Source: a virus
Strand: one strand, 5' to 3'
DNA: 64,000 nucleotides
Virus record (IMG/VR): IMGVR_UViG_3300045988_173544
Both the position numbers and the translations under genes were made by a program. Under the pieces are notes generated by a model. That model saw nothing but the letters and a program-made list of their open reading frames with translations, searched no databases and had not been told where the DNA came from. Shown piece after piece: positions 39,609 to 48,659 of the stretch; positions within the stretch are counted from its first letter, which is position 1, and each line of letters begins with the position of its first letter.

Positions 39609-39812
39609 TTAGAAAGTACATGTTGCTATCACTAATAGAAATGATATGATTGCAAGCACAAGCATAACTGTTTTAAATGCTTCGTATATTTTCCTCTTTA
39701 AAGTACATTTACACATTTCCTGAGGGCAAATACTCCAGTAATAGCATTGTTCGCACTTATGGGTAAAATTAAGCTCACAACGTTCAATCATTTTTATTAT
39801 CTCCAGAACCAA
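39609..39812 (-). CDS. small Cys-rich membrane protein (67 aa)
   Basis: ORF; C-terminal TM. Confidence 0.45.
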   Translation of the reverse strand: MVLEIIKMIERCELNFTHKCEQCYYWSICPQEMCKCTLKRKIYEAFKTVMLVLAIISFLLVIATCTF

Positions 39813-40038
39813 TAGAGTTACACATATACCCTACAGAACTCCTTGGGTAAATTTCACTATTTATCTTCTGCAATACTTCTTCCGGAAAATAAGAGCCTTT
39901 AAAATCTCCGCCAAAGAAGTATTTTACGTAATATCTAATTCCAGCTCTATCAATATCCATAGAGTCTACATATCCCTTAATATTTAATTCCTCTATAAAT
40001 ACCCTATCGCCTATGTCATATTTAGTATTCAGTTTCAT
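39784..40038 (-). CDS. hypothetical protein (84 aa)
   Basis: ORF. Confidence 0.45.
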   Translation of the reverse strand: MKLNTKYDIGDRVFIEELNIKGYVDSMDIDRAGIRYYVKYFFGGDFKGSYFPEEVLQKINSEIYPRSSVGYMCNSIGSGDNKND

Positions 40039-40284
40039 ATTATGTATCCTTTGTTTAAGAAATAATGGAGGGAGTTTTTTAATTGCCTTGCAGGAACCAC
40101 CTGCTACGTGCCCTCCTCACGCCGTCGAACGCCGACGGTATGTGCCTTTCGTGAGTCAGTATGCCGACTACCTTTCGTACTCTCGGATACGGAGGAATTT
40201 CTACTGCCGTCTGGTTATGTTTATTTGTTCGGGAGGTCGAAACCAGAGTAAAGGACCTCACCTGCTTTTGTGCAAGGTCTCCAA

Positions 40285-40374
40285 TGGTGGGTAAGGAAGG
40301 AGTTGCACCTCCAACGGCTTGTTAGGCAACGCTTTTACAGAGCGGTCCGACCAACTGGTATTCGGCTCTTACCC
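40285..40374 (-). tRNA. tRNA-Tyr (GTA), class II, CCA encoded, T-loop TGCAACT (G55)
   Basis: perfect acceptor GGGTAAG/CTTACCC; anticodon loop CTGTAAA. Confidence 0.65.
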
Positions 40375-40398
40375 ATAGCACCGGAAAATGCTGAAAAA

Positions 40399-40474
40399 TG
40401 GTGGAACTCGTAGGACTTGCACCCACACCCTAGGACTTATGAGGTCCCCGCTCCGCTGTTTGAGCTAGAGTTCC
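40399..40474 (-). tRNA. tRNA-Met (CAT) elongator-type, CCA encoded, T-loop TGCAAGT (G55)
   Basis: perfect acceptor GGAACTC/GAGTTCC. Confidence 0.65.
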
Positions 40475-40913
40475 AGAGTACGAGTATTTTACAACCCCTC
40501 GTCTAACTGGGCGGCGCTGGTTGATATTTTAATCTCCTTCATACAATGTTCGGGCATTGTATCGAAACTCAGTTTCCCGAAAAACTAAGCCTACGCAGAA
40601 CACGGTTTACACCGAAATGGCACATCTTTAAGGTATTGCCGAGTCGAACGGCTACCTACGTGGCTCCTAACCGTAGTTAGGCGTGGCTGTGAGCGAGTTA
40701 TGAGCCCACTCTGTGCACCGTTGCACTTTCACTTAAAGACAGGTTATATTACGGTTCTTTCACCCCGCTGTCGAATAACACTCAACGACCTGCTATATTA
40801 AAACCCCTAGCAGTGGGTATGCACCAGTATATTAACCCCTACTGGCGGGTTCCTCGGAATGAGGGTTCTTTCACTACAAGAACATTGTAGTATCGCATGG
40901 GATTGGCTACAAT

Positions 40914-40985
40914 TAGGAACGGAAGGACTCGCACCTTCAACCTCTGAATTATCGGTTCAGTGCTCTACTTTTAAGCTACGCTCCT
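40914..40985 (-). tRNA. tRNA-Ile (GAT), T-loop TGCGAGT (G55)
   Basis: manual fold. Confidence 0.6.
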
Positions 40986-41181
40986 ATAGCTGGTTAGGTG
41001 TACTTTTCGTCGAACGTCGACTTTTTTCTCGATTTTTCACCTCTTCCTCAGGAGACCAGTGACCCCTGTGTATACCGCTGTTTTTCACCTACTCTTCTAC
41101 CAGATATTATAGAAGTTTCTCTTATCCCTCAAAAAGTTATCTGCTCTCTTCCTGAGTTTAGGTATACCTCTAGTAGTTTAT

Positions 41182-41255
41182 TGGGAAGGGATGGACTTGA
41201 ACCATCTACCTTGGAGGTATGAGCTCCATGTTCTGACCAGTTGAACTACCTGCCC
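41182..41255 (-). tRNA. tRNA-Met or tRNA-Ile2 (CAT)
   Basis: manual fold; T-stem GATGG/CCATC. Confidence 0.65.
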
Positions 41256-41259
41256 ATAA

Positions 41260-41334
41260 TGGCTCCAGGAGCAGGGCTCGAACCTGCAACCTACCGGTTA
41301 ACAGCCGGGCGTTCCGCCATTGAACTATCCTGGA
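41260..41334 (-). tRNA. tRNA-Asn (GTT), CCA encoded
   Basis: manual fold. Confidence 0.7.
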
Positions 41335-41506
41335 ATATGACCCCGGTGTATCGTCCCGGAGATACGCATTCTTTCCAGCTAAGGAAACTGAAACCTTTTC
41401 CAAAACCCCGCCTATAGGAATGAAACAGACGCTTGTTATTAGAGCTCATAAACAAGAGGGACTGCAATAAAATTGCTTGGTACACCTGAGTTACACATCT
41501 TAAAAC

Positions 41507-41577
41507 TGCCTCCAGAGGGACTTGAACCCCCAAAGCGGGTTTACAAAACCCGTGTTTTACCATTGAACTATAGAGGC
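41507..41577 (-). tRNA. tRNA-Thr (TGT)
   Basis: manual fold. Confidence 0.7.
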
Positions 41578-41757
41578 AAGCGAGTATAACAGAATATGCG
41601 CAATAACTGTTATACCCTAGGTTCTTATTTCGGAATATACCTTAAAACAACCGGGGCAACGCTTTCATCTCATATAAGAGCGTAGGCTACATAAGCTCTT
41701 TCTTCCTTGTCACCTAGCGGAAATAGCCGATACTAGGTCTTAGTTACCCTAATTAAG

Positions 41758-41833
41758 TGGTGGAGACTAAGGGAATTGAACCCTTCCAGTCTGCTTGCAA
41801 AGCAGTCTCGCCAGCCTTGGTACATGAGTCCCC
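41758..41833 (-). tRNA. tRNA-Ala (TGC) with G3:U70 and CCA, but a non-canonical D-arm
   Basis: acceptor GGGGACT/AGTCTCC; anticodon hairpin CTGC-TTTGCAA-GCAG. Confidence 0.5.
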
Positions 41834-42822
41834 AAATTGGGAGCAGGTGCTTTATGTTTAAGTGTTAAACGTCAGAGCTGCTCCAGACAAACATCACTAC
41901 CTTCCTTATATCCCGCTCAATTGGCGTGGCGGTGTGTTCCTAGAGTCTTGTATAGCGCTATTCAACTCTAGCGAACACTGGTTATCCAAGATAACACCGG
42001 GTTTAAAATAAGGGAACCTGCCGAGTCGAACGGCTTACTTCCACGAATATTTAGTTAACGTAGTAGATATTATACTAATACTTAAGTGTCGTGGTAAGGT
42101 AGCGCTACTATAATCAGCAACCCTTTTCATTATTATTTACAAGAGCTCTTATAAATAACAACTAGCTGAAGGTTCCTATAATTAATCTGTTAAACAGGAG
42201 TTAACGGAATTGGACCGTCAATTCCTGTTTTATACTGACTCCGTCGTCAGCCTTCATTTAATATTATCTTCGCCCTTATAAGTCTTTTTATCTGTATTCA
42301 TGATACCTACTTAAATGGCGGTGGGTACGAAGCTCGAATTTGTTTCCTAGGAGTGACAGTCCTAAGTTTTAACCGCATAAACTAACCCACCTTATAAAAT
42401 GGCAGTTCGGGGTGCCAGCCCGCCATCCCGTCGGATGACTGGTACTTGTATCATCTCGGTATACAAGTCAACCGCTGTAACGTTTTCGACCATACAACAC
42501 ATGCTGGTTAAGGTTGTGTGGATTGTCAGGAAGTTGTAAACCAGCAAACTTCCTCCAAGTTACAGTCTGTTTTGAAACTTTGTAATGGTACCCCAGCACG
42601 GTAACGCTCCGAGTGCTCCGCTGTGAAAGAGCGGTGACTTAACTTTCTGTCCCCTGGGGCAAATATGAAACTGTCAACGTGCAATAGACAACACAATTAC
42701 ATCTATGTAATTATTACCATTGTCTGTTGTTTATCAACAGTTCCATTATATCATGGATTACATAATTTGTCAACTAATCTATTCAATTGTCAAAGTGCAA
42801 TTTTGTTCTTTTACAGAACTGA

Positions 42823-42870
42823 AACACCGCTTGTTTCTTCTATTTTCTGAGTAACAAGCGGTGTTTTAAA
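42823..42870. terminator. bidirectional rho-independent terminator (13-bp stem aacaccgcttgtt / aacaagcggtgtt plus T-run)
   Basis: perfect inverted repeat followed by TTTTAAAAAA. Confidence 0.65.
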
Positions 42871-43202
42871 AAACTTCGTAAATTAATAACTTTAAGTTAA
42901 TTAACTCTTGTTACTCCCACCAGTATTATCGTCTATAATCGCATTAAAGGACGGCAACCAGCGATAACCTTGTTCCATACAAGGTTTTACTGATGTAGTT
43001 CTTTCACTATGCAGTTTTGAATACTGATTGAGTAACATTATATCACCTTTTTATGTTTCACTGTAATAATATAACCATATAATAACATGAGTTAAAATAT
43101 TTGTCAACTGTTACCGAAAATTTTATTAAGAAATGTTAACAGGACTTTCTCATGAATAACTAAATTATATCTTGGAAGGTAAAAAAGGAATGAGAGGTAA
43201 TA

Positions 43203-43625
43203 TTGGAAATAAAGTCGGTCTCAGAAAGTGCAGTATCTTTTGGGTCATACCAGAACATACTGAAAACTCTTTATAAGAAGGGCAAAATGCCTCAAGTAAA
43301 GAGAGGTTTGTACGGGGATATTCTTACTAAAGACAACGTATCTTTGGAACATTTAAAGCCCCACAGCGAAGGAGGAAAAACAATCTTATCCAACTTAGCC
43401 CTTGCGTCTAAGCAGAAAAATAACGCAAGGGGAGCGAAGCCGCTAAGCGAAGTGTTGAATTGGGAAATGGTTAATGACTATTTATCTCAATTCAATTTTC
43501 GTATTAAGGGATTTAACGGTGAAGCTTATGCTGAAATGATTAAGAAGACTGTTGAGGAACTCGGAGTTATAAATCCGAAGGAATTGGCTAAGAAAGGTAA
43601 GAAGCATTTAGATAAAATAGTCTAG
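43203..43625 (+). CDS. HNH endonuclease (free-standing, homing-type) in the tRNA island
   Basis: SLEHLKPHSEGGKT...N...N..RG HNH motif; + strand. Confidence 0.6.
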   Translation: MEIKSVSESAVSFGSYQNILKTLYKKGKMPQVKRGLYGDILTKDNVSLEHLKPHSEGGKTILSNLALASKQKNNARGAKPLSEVLNWEMVNDYLSQFNFRIKGFNGEAYAEMIKKTVEELGVINPKELAKKGKKHLDKIV

Positions 43626-43642
43626 TCATTGCGACTAGACTA
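43618..43642. terminator. bidirectional hairpin tagtctagtc-attgc-gactagacta between HNH (+) and tmRNA (-)
   Basis: perfect 10-bp stem. Confidence 0.5.
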
Positions 43643-43651
43643 TTCTGTAAA

Positions 43652-44044
43652 TGGTGGAGGTGCGGATAATCGAAATCCGGTCCTATCCGTCCTTACAACA
43701 ACTGTTGTACAAGTTTCCTTTGGTTCATCTTTTCTGTCAAGTAAAAGGAGATTGTCAAACAAAGGTTACAAGAGTTCTCCATTGACACCGTTTGCTTTTT
43801 ACTCGTTACGTGAGCGTCTGGAACGATACAGATTACTTTACGGGACTCACCGATGGCTGTGCCTGACCTATTGTAGATTACAGCTTAGTCTACGGGTCAC
43901 TTCTTAGGCAGCGATTGCTGTTCTGTAGCCGAAGTCAGCTTTGATTACGTTGTTAGCGTTTATCTTTTTGTACGATTTAAAGAGTTCATACGTCTCTACT
44001 TGCAATTGAAGCCAGGTTGCAGACAGTCAAAACCTGTCACCCCC
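43652..44044 (-). ncRNA. ssrA: tmRNA (ssrA), ~393 nt; tag reading frame 43904-43957 encodes ANNVIKADFGYRTAIAA-stop
   Basis: 5' GGGGGTG pairs with 3' CACCTCC (G3:U70) followed by ACCA; 3' domain GGAC-CGGAT-TTCGATT-ATCCG matches the tRNA-like domain of tmRNA; the internal tag ORF ends ...AIAA then TAA. Confidence 0.7.
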
Positions 44045-44315
44045 ATGTTACATAGTGTTTAACACCATCTTTATAAAAATATAGATAGCCTTCCTTATCC
44101 GCCTTACATTGACTTAGTTGTTCCCAAGTAATAGTGGTTTGTGGACTAAATTCCTTTGTACAAGGTTCATCAGATTTTTGAAAAACATCCATGCATTCAT
44201 CAAACATGTTATCTAATGTTTTCATGCTTCTGCCTACAAGCAATATTGCGAAGAATGGAATTGACAAACCTATTAAAGCACATGCAATAAATTTCAAAAC
44301 ATTTATAAGAGTCAT
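44037..44315 (-). CDS. small membrane protein (92 aa)
   Basis: ORF with N-terminal TM. Confidence 0.45.
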   Translation of the reverse strand: MTLINVLKFIACALIGLSIPFFAILLVGRSMKTLDNMFDECMDVFQKSDEPCTKEFSPQTTITWEQLSQCKADKEGYLYFYKDGVKHYVTWG

Positions 44316-44566
44316 TAATCATGAGCCTTTCTAAGTAGTAAAGCTAAGTCACTACACATTTGTTCAGTAGCGGTACTTCCAATACGATGGTTCTTTACTT
44401 TCATATCGCAATATTTAAGCGTATATAATATAGCAGCCATCACACCATCTCTGAACCCACAATACCAACACTCATCACTATCGAAGTAATGCCCGTCTGA
44501 GCTATCAAAAGCGTTTAAGAAGGTATCATATAATTCTTTAGTTGTCCTTAATTCTGAAGTTATCAA
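44315..44566 (-). CDS. hypothetical protein (83 aa)
   Basis: ORF. Confidence 0.45.
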   Translation of the reverse strand: MITSELRTTKELYDTFLNAFDSSDGHYFDSDECWYCGFRDGVMAAILYTLKYCDMKVKNHRIGSTATEQMCSDLALLLRKAHD

Positions 44567-45065
44567 AGTTCCACCTATAATTATAAAAACACGGAGATTT
44601 CCTGCTCTCTGAGCTTTACGGTCCTCTAAGCCAGTACGAGTAAGATTTCAATTCTATGTACACTGTGAATTGATTTCCTCTGTAACATCACTACAGACAG
44701 CGCTTGGGAGAAAGCCTAACAGTTCGCAATTACTTAAATATTCTTAGGTTAATTACTCCCAGAAATATCTAAATAGTTAGGGCGCTCTTCTATCTCCATT
44801 AACCAACACCCGGGTCTTTTTGTACTAATCGCTATGCACTTATTTTATCCGTGTTAATTTGTCAAGTTACAATCTTATGAAAGTGAGTACCACCCAGTTA
44901 CTCTTCCCCCTGGAACAGCCATCTTGCTTTGTTAACGTAAGCTCATCCCGTGGCATGCTTATTCGCATATAATTCATTTGAGTTATATGGTCGTTGATTA
45001 AATGTCTGAGAAACGACTAACCAACGATAAGACCTTATATCATGGTACTCACATTAATAATTATA

Positions 45066-46490
45066 TCACGTTTCTTCGGATTTGTCAACTATTTCATTGT
45101 AAATCTCCTTCATTCTTTTTAATAATACCGGTCTTTCGTTCTCAATTTTTTCGTCTAAATACTCCTGCCATAAAGTTTTCAGGATGTCCCCGACCAATTT
45201 TCCGGAAGGAATATTTAAAGTAACCATAACATCGTGCCCGTCCACTGTTAAATCTGTAACTGACGGAATATGTTTAGGGTTGAGAAGCTTGAGACAATCT
45301 TTGTACATTCTCCAGAAATACATGAAATCAGTCTTAGTTTTCATATTAGCTCTGGAGTCGGCATATTTCATCCAAATAAAGTCTTTTAAGGAAACCCCGC
45401 CTTTACCAAGCTTAATTATGAGTTTCATTAAGGACTTTTTTCCACCAATCATAGACATGTGGTTTCCTACAAGAGTTGACACGTACTTCTGGGTATCTTT
45501 CGGAAAACCCCACTTCTTCATATCAACTTCCACGAGCTTTTTACCTGTTTTATCGTGACCTACAAAACGTACTTTACCTTCATCAGATAATTCGTGTGTT
45601 ACTTTTCCAACATCATGATATAGGGCAGCAAGCTTTAAATCAAAGCTAAGATTAACTTTATCCAAAGCTTTTAAAGCGTTTAATACGTGAGTATAAACAG
45701 TCTCGTGGTGGTAATGAGCGCCATCAACACCTCTTAAAGCAGCTACAGCTGGGAAGAAATATTCCAAGAGTTCGTACTCATCCAAATATTTCACAAACCC
45801 GTAACCGTTCCCACAAATAAGTCCTTTAATTAATTCCAGAAGTACTCTTTCTTTCGGAACTGAAGGAGACTTTACCAAATCCCTCAAAGCATGTATTTTA
45901 TAATGAAGATTATCTTCAATGATTAAGTTACTTCCGGCTGCAAAACGGAGAGCTCTTAAGATACGTATAGGGTCGTCTTTAAACTTCTGAAACATATCCC
46001 CGTGCATTCTAAGAACGCCATTGTTCAAATCTTTCCAAGTGCCTGGAATAGTAAGGATTTCCCTGTTATCTTTATTTTCGGGGTCCTGTTTGCAGGTTAA
46101 GAACATTGTATTGATAGTAAAATCCCTGCGCACAGCGTCTTTATACAAATCGTGACATACAGCAATTTCACAACCGCCATATAATAAGACTGGAAAATTT
46201 CTCCCAACAACCGGTCCCATTGATAATGCGCACCCGGTGTGTTTATGTACATCATTTATACTTTTACCAGGATGTAATTCTAATGTGCAATCAACATCTC
46301 TTGGAAGAATTCCCTGTACCATATCACGAACAGCACCTCCAACCATATACAGGGTTCCCATTTCAGAGAATACTTTAGACATTTTATCAAAGCGCTCTAA
46401 AATAGCCCTGCAACTTTTCAGGTCGGACTGCTTTTCAAATAGGGCTTCATCAATACAGTAGTGTGTCTTTACAAGTCCTTTAGTCGTCAT
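45066..46490 (-). CDS. cca: tRNA nucleotidyltransferase (CCA-adding enzyme) with HD domain
   Basis: GGAVRD...DVD polymerase-beta head motif; LAALYHDVGK HD motif. Confidence 0.8.
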   Translation of the reverse strand: MTTKGLVKTHYCIDEALFEKQSDLKSCRAILERFDKMSKVFSEMGTLYMVGGAVRDMVQGILPRDVDCTLELHPGKSINDVHKHTGCALSMGPVVGRNFPVLLYGGCEIAVCHDLYKDAVRRDFTINTMFLTCKQDPENKDNREILTIPGTWKDLNNGVLRMHGDMFQKFKDDPIRILRALRFAAGSNLIIEDNLHYKIHALRDLVKSPSVPKERVLLELIKGLICGNGYGFVKYLDEYELLEYFFPAVAALRGVDGAHYHHETVYTHVLNALKALDKVNLSFDLKLAALYHDVGKVTHELSDEGKVRFVGHDKTGKKLVEVDMKKWGFPKDTQKYVSTLVGNHMSMIGGKKSLMKLIIKLGKGGVSLKDFIWMKYADSRANMKTKTDFMYFWRMYKDCLKLLNPKHIPSVTDLTVDGHDVMVTLNIPSGKLVGDILKTLWQEYLDEKIENERPVLLKRMKEIYNEIVDKSEET

Positions 46491-46554
46491 TATCTACCTC
46501 ACATGTCAGTGCTTGCATATTTATTATAACATGTTATAGACAATTTGTCAACTT

Positions 46555-46872
46555 TTATAAGTTCAACGCACCAAATAATTCATCAGCTTTTTGAAGAAAA
46601 TCCTTTAATCCTACAATAGTTCCTGTCATTTCCTCACCATTATATAAAACAATAGTAGGAGCTGTAGACACTTGATATTTCTCAATTAAAGGTTTATTGT
46701 TATCATTCTCAGCGTCTATTAAATAGATTTTCCAACCATCGCAAGGTCTTTTAGATAAGCTATCTTTTACTCTTTTACAACCGGCGCAATGTCCAGGAAT
46801 ATGGAATAACAGCGCAGTTTTTCCAGTTGTGTCAATATCTTCAATCGAAGAAAATTCTATAAAATCTGACAT
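46555..46872 (-). CDS. thioredoxin-fold protein (CAGC active site, TAPT cis-Pro motif)
   Basis: motifs in ORF. Confidence 0.6.
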   Translation of the reverse strand: MSDFIEFSSIEDIDTTGKTALLFHIPGHCAGCKRVKDSLSKRPCDGWKIYLIDAENDNNKPLIEKYQVSTAPTIVLYNGEEMTGTIVGLKDFLQKADELFGALNL

Positions 46873-46883
46873 ATTTATCTCCT

Positions 46884-47129
46884 TTATTTAACTTCACTTA
46901 TACTGTACGTACGGTAAATACAAGTCCCCTTGTCGTTATACAACGAATATACAGAACTCTTCTTATATCTACGAATAAGAAGTTTAAAATCTTCGTTACT
47001 CACGTTTTTCAGAAGCCATATTTCTGAAACAATATCAGGGTCCCCTGTAGGTTCATCCCCTACTTTATAGTAAGTCTTCCCTTGTATTCTGTATCTTTTA
47101 TAATTACCATCATTTTTAAATTTAGTCAT
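46884..47129 (-). CDS. hypothetical protein (81 aa)
   Basis: ORF. Confidence 0.45.
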   Translation of the reverse strand: MTKFKNDGNYKRYRIQGKTYYKVGDEPTGDPDIVSEIWLLKNVSNEDFKLLIRRYKKSSVYSLYNDKGTCIYRTYSISEVK

Positions 47130-48595
47130 TACGAATATTCCTTATATAATTCATCCAAGTACGCTTCCGGAAGGTCTGTCAGAGGCTTGATTTCAAACCC
47201 TCTTTTATATGGGCACCACCCATCTATAGTATATATCTGAGGGACGAGAGATTGATAAGTCATGGTATTGAATGGTAAATATATTTCCTTCAATTTATAT
47301 AAGTGATTTAACAATATATCCGGAGACCCTAAGCTTCGTTGTATAACTTTAGAAAGTATTATTAAACTTCCATCCGCATTTACGCAGCCGTCGAAAGCAC
47401 TTTCCATATTTCTTACTTTAGGAGGTATTATGGGGAAAGTGAGGAGTGATGTACAGTTCTTAAACATGGAAGACATGGATACTAAGTTTTTATTCAGCTT
47501 AGGAGGTCTTTGTAAGCTTGTACAACCAGCAAACATAAAATCTGCAACTTCTATAGACTCCTCTAAATCCGGTACTTTTAGTAAGTGGGAACACCCTTGA
47601 AACATATTTGAAGCGTCAACTAAAGATTTACCATAATTAGGTACTCTCGTCACATTCGAGCAAGAATATGCTTTACTGGCTTGGACGACTTTATTGGGGA
47701 TGTATGACCCCGTTTTCAGGTTCTTACAATTCTGGTATATACCAGAGATGTTTAATACGTTTTTAGGTAATTTTACTCCGTAGTGCAACCCTGTTCCTTC
47801 GAAAGTAGAGTGCATTTCTATGACACCTTCCGGAATTTCCGGTACAGAAGTTAAATTGGCACAGCCCGCAAACGTGCTATTCATTCTTCGTAAGTTTTTA
47901 GGAAGTTGCGTACATTCTTTGAGAAAACAACAAACTGCGAACGTTCCCATCATTGAGTCTACAGTATCCGGAATATTCCCGGTTGATTTCAAGCGAGAAC
48001 AACCGTTGTACACTTGAGGCAGCTTCTTGATACCTTTTGGATAGTTCTTACAAGGCTCTTCTAAATTAGGACAAGCTTGGAAAGTACCAAGCATTTTTTC
48101 AGTTCGTAATCCTCCTAAATCAGGTGCTTTGTAAAGACTGGAATATGCAAATGTGAAATTTAGGAAATCATCTCCATCACCTTTCTTGAACTTACCTCTA
48201 ATACTTGTTACATCAGAATTTTCGAACATCCCCGCAGATAATTTAAGTTTCTCAGGAACCTCAAATTGTCCCATTTTTAAAGAATATTGGTATAGATAAG
48301 GAGCTCTTTCTAAGTCTTTATTAACGTTCTGTACCACTATGTGATGGAAGTTACTGTTTCCCCCTAAGTATTCATTATTTTCAAACGGAACGTTGTTAAA
48401 GTCTATAACTACCACATTTCTCCCTCTCCCTTCTAAGCGAAAATAAGAACTTATACGAGTAAGAGGATTATTAGGAACTATTATACGAGGAGCTGGTTTA
48501 CCTTTATACGCAAGGATATAGTAAAGTCCATCTCTAAACTCGTAATCCCATACTTCAGGGTCAAGATATGTATGCTTCCTGTTTCTGTGCAGCAC
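47129..48595 (-). CDS. BspA-like leucine-rich repeat (LRR_5 family) protein
   Basis: tandem ~22-aa repeats F.GC..L..P.IP..V..M...F.GC. Confidence 0.6.
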   Translation of the reverse strand: MLHRNRKHTYLDPEVWDYEFRDGLYYILAYKGKPAPRIIVPNNPLTRISSYFRLEGRGRNVVVIDFNNVPFENNEYLGGNSNFHHIVVQNVNKDLERAPYLYQYSLKMGQFEVPEKLKLSAGMFENSDVTSIRGKFKKGDGDDFLNFTFAYSSLYKAPDLGGLRTEKMLGTFQACPNLEEPCKNYPKGIKKLPQVYNGCSRLKSTGNIPDTVDSMMGTFAVCCFLKECTQLPKNLRRMNSTFAGCANLTSVPEIPEGVIEMHSTFEGTGLHYGVKLPKNVLNISGIYQNCKNLKTGSYIPNKVVQASKAYSCSNVTRVPNYGKSLVDASNMFQGCSHLLKVPDLEESIEVADFMFAGCTSLQRPPKLNKNLVSMSSMFKNCTSLLTFPIIPPKVRNMESAFDGCVNADGSLIILSKVIQRSLGSPDILLNHLYKLKEIYLPFNTMTYQSLVPQIYTIDGWCPYKRGFEIKPLTDLPEAYLDELYKEYS

Positions 48596-48659
48596 TTTTA
48601 CCTTCCATAATAATATTGCTTACAGAAGTATTATAGCACATTATTTCATATTTGTCAAC

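Noticed and set aside
37103-41563. ORFs 37103..37408, 38021..38245, 38106..38291, 40013..40294, 40079..40261, 40859..41062, 40998..41222, 41206..41403, 41291..41563
   Set aside because: Overlap folded tRNA genes or GC-rich structured RNA.
42665-42850. ORF 42665..42850 (+)
   Set aside because: Runs through a bidirectional terminator hairpin. No RBS.
43620-43690. Isolated tRNA 3' half (T-arm, acceptor, CCA) considered as a possible att site
   Set aside because: The matching 5' strand, with G3:U70, lies ~390 nt upstream, which makes it the tRNA-like domain of a tmRNA.
43629-43907. ORF 43629..43907 (+)
   Set aside because: Antisense to the tmRNA gene.
41850-44030. Group I intron carrying the HNH ORF
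   Set aside because: No flanking exons on the + strand and no recognisable P/Q/R/S core elements on either strand. The 3' part resolved as tmRNA instead.
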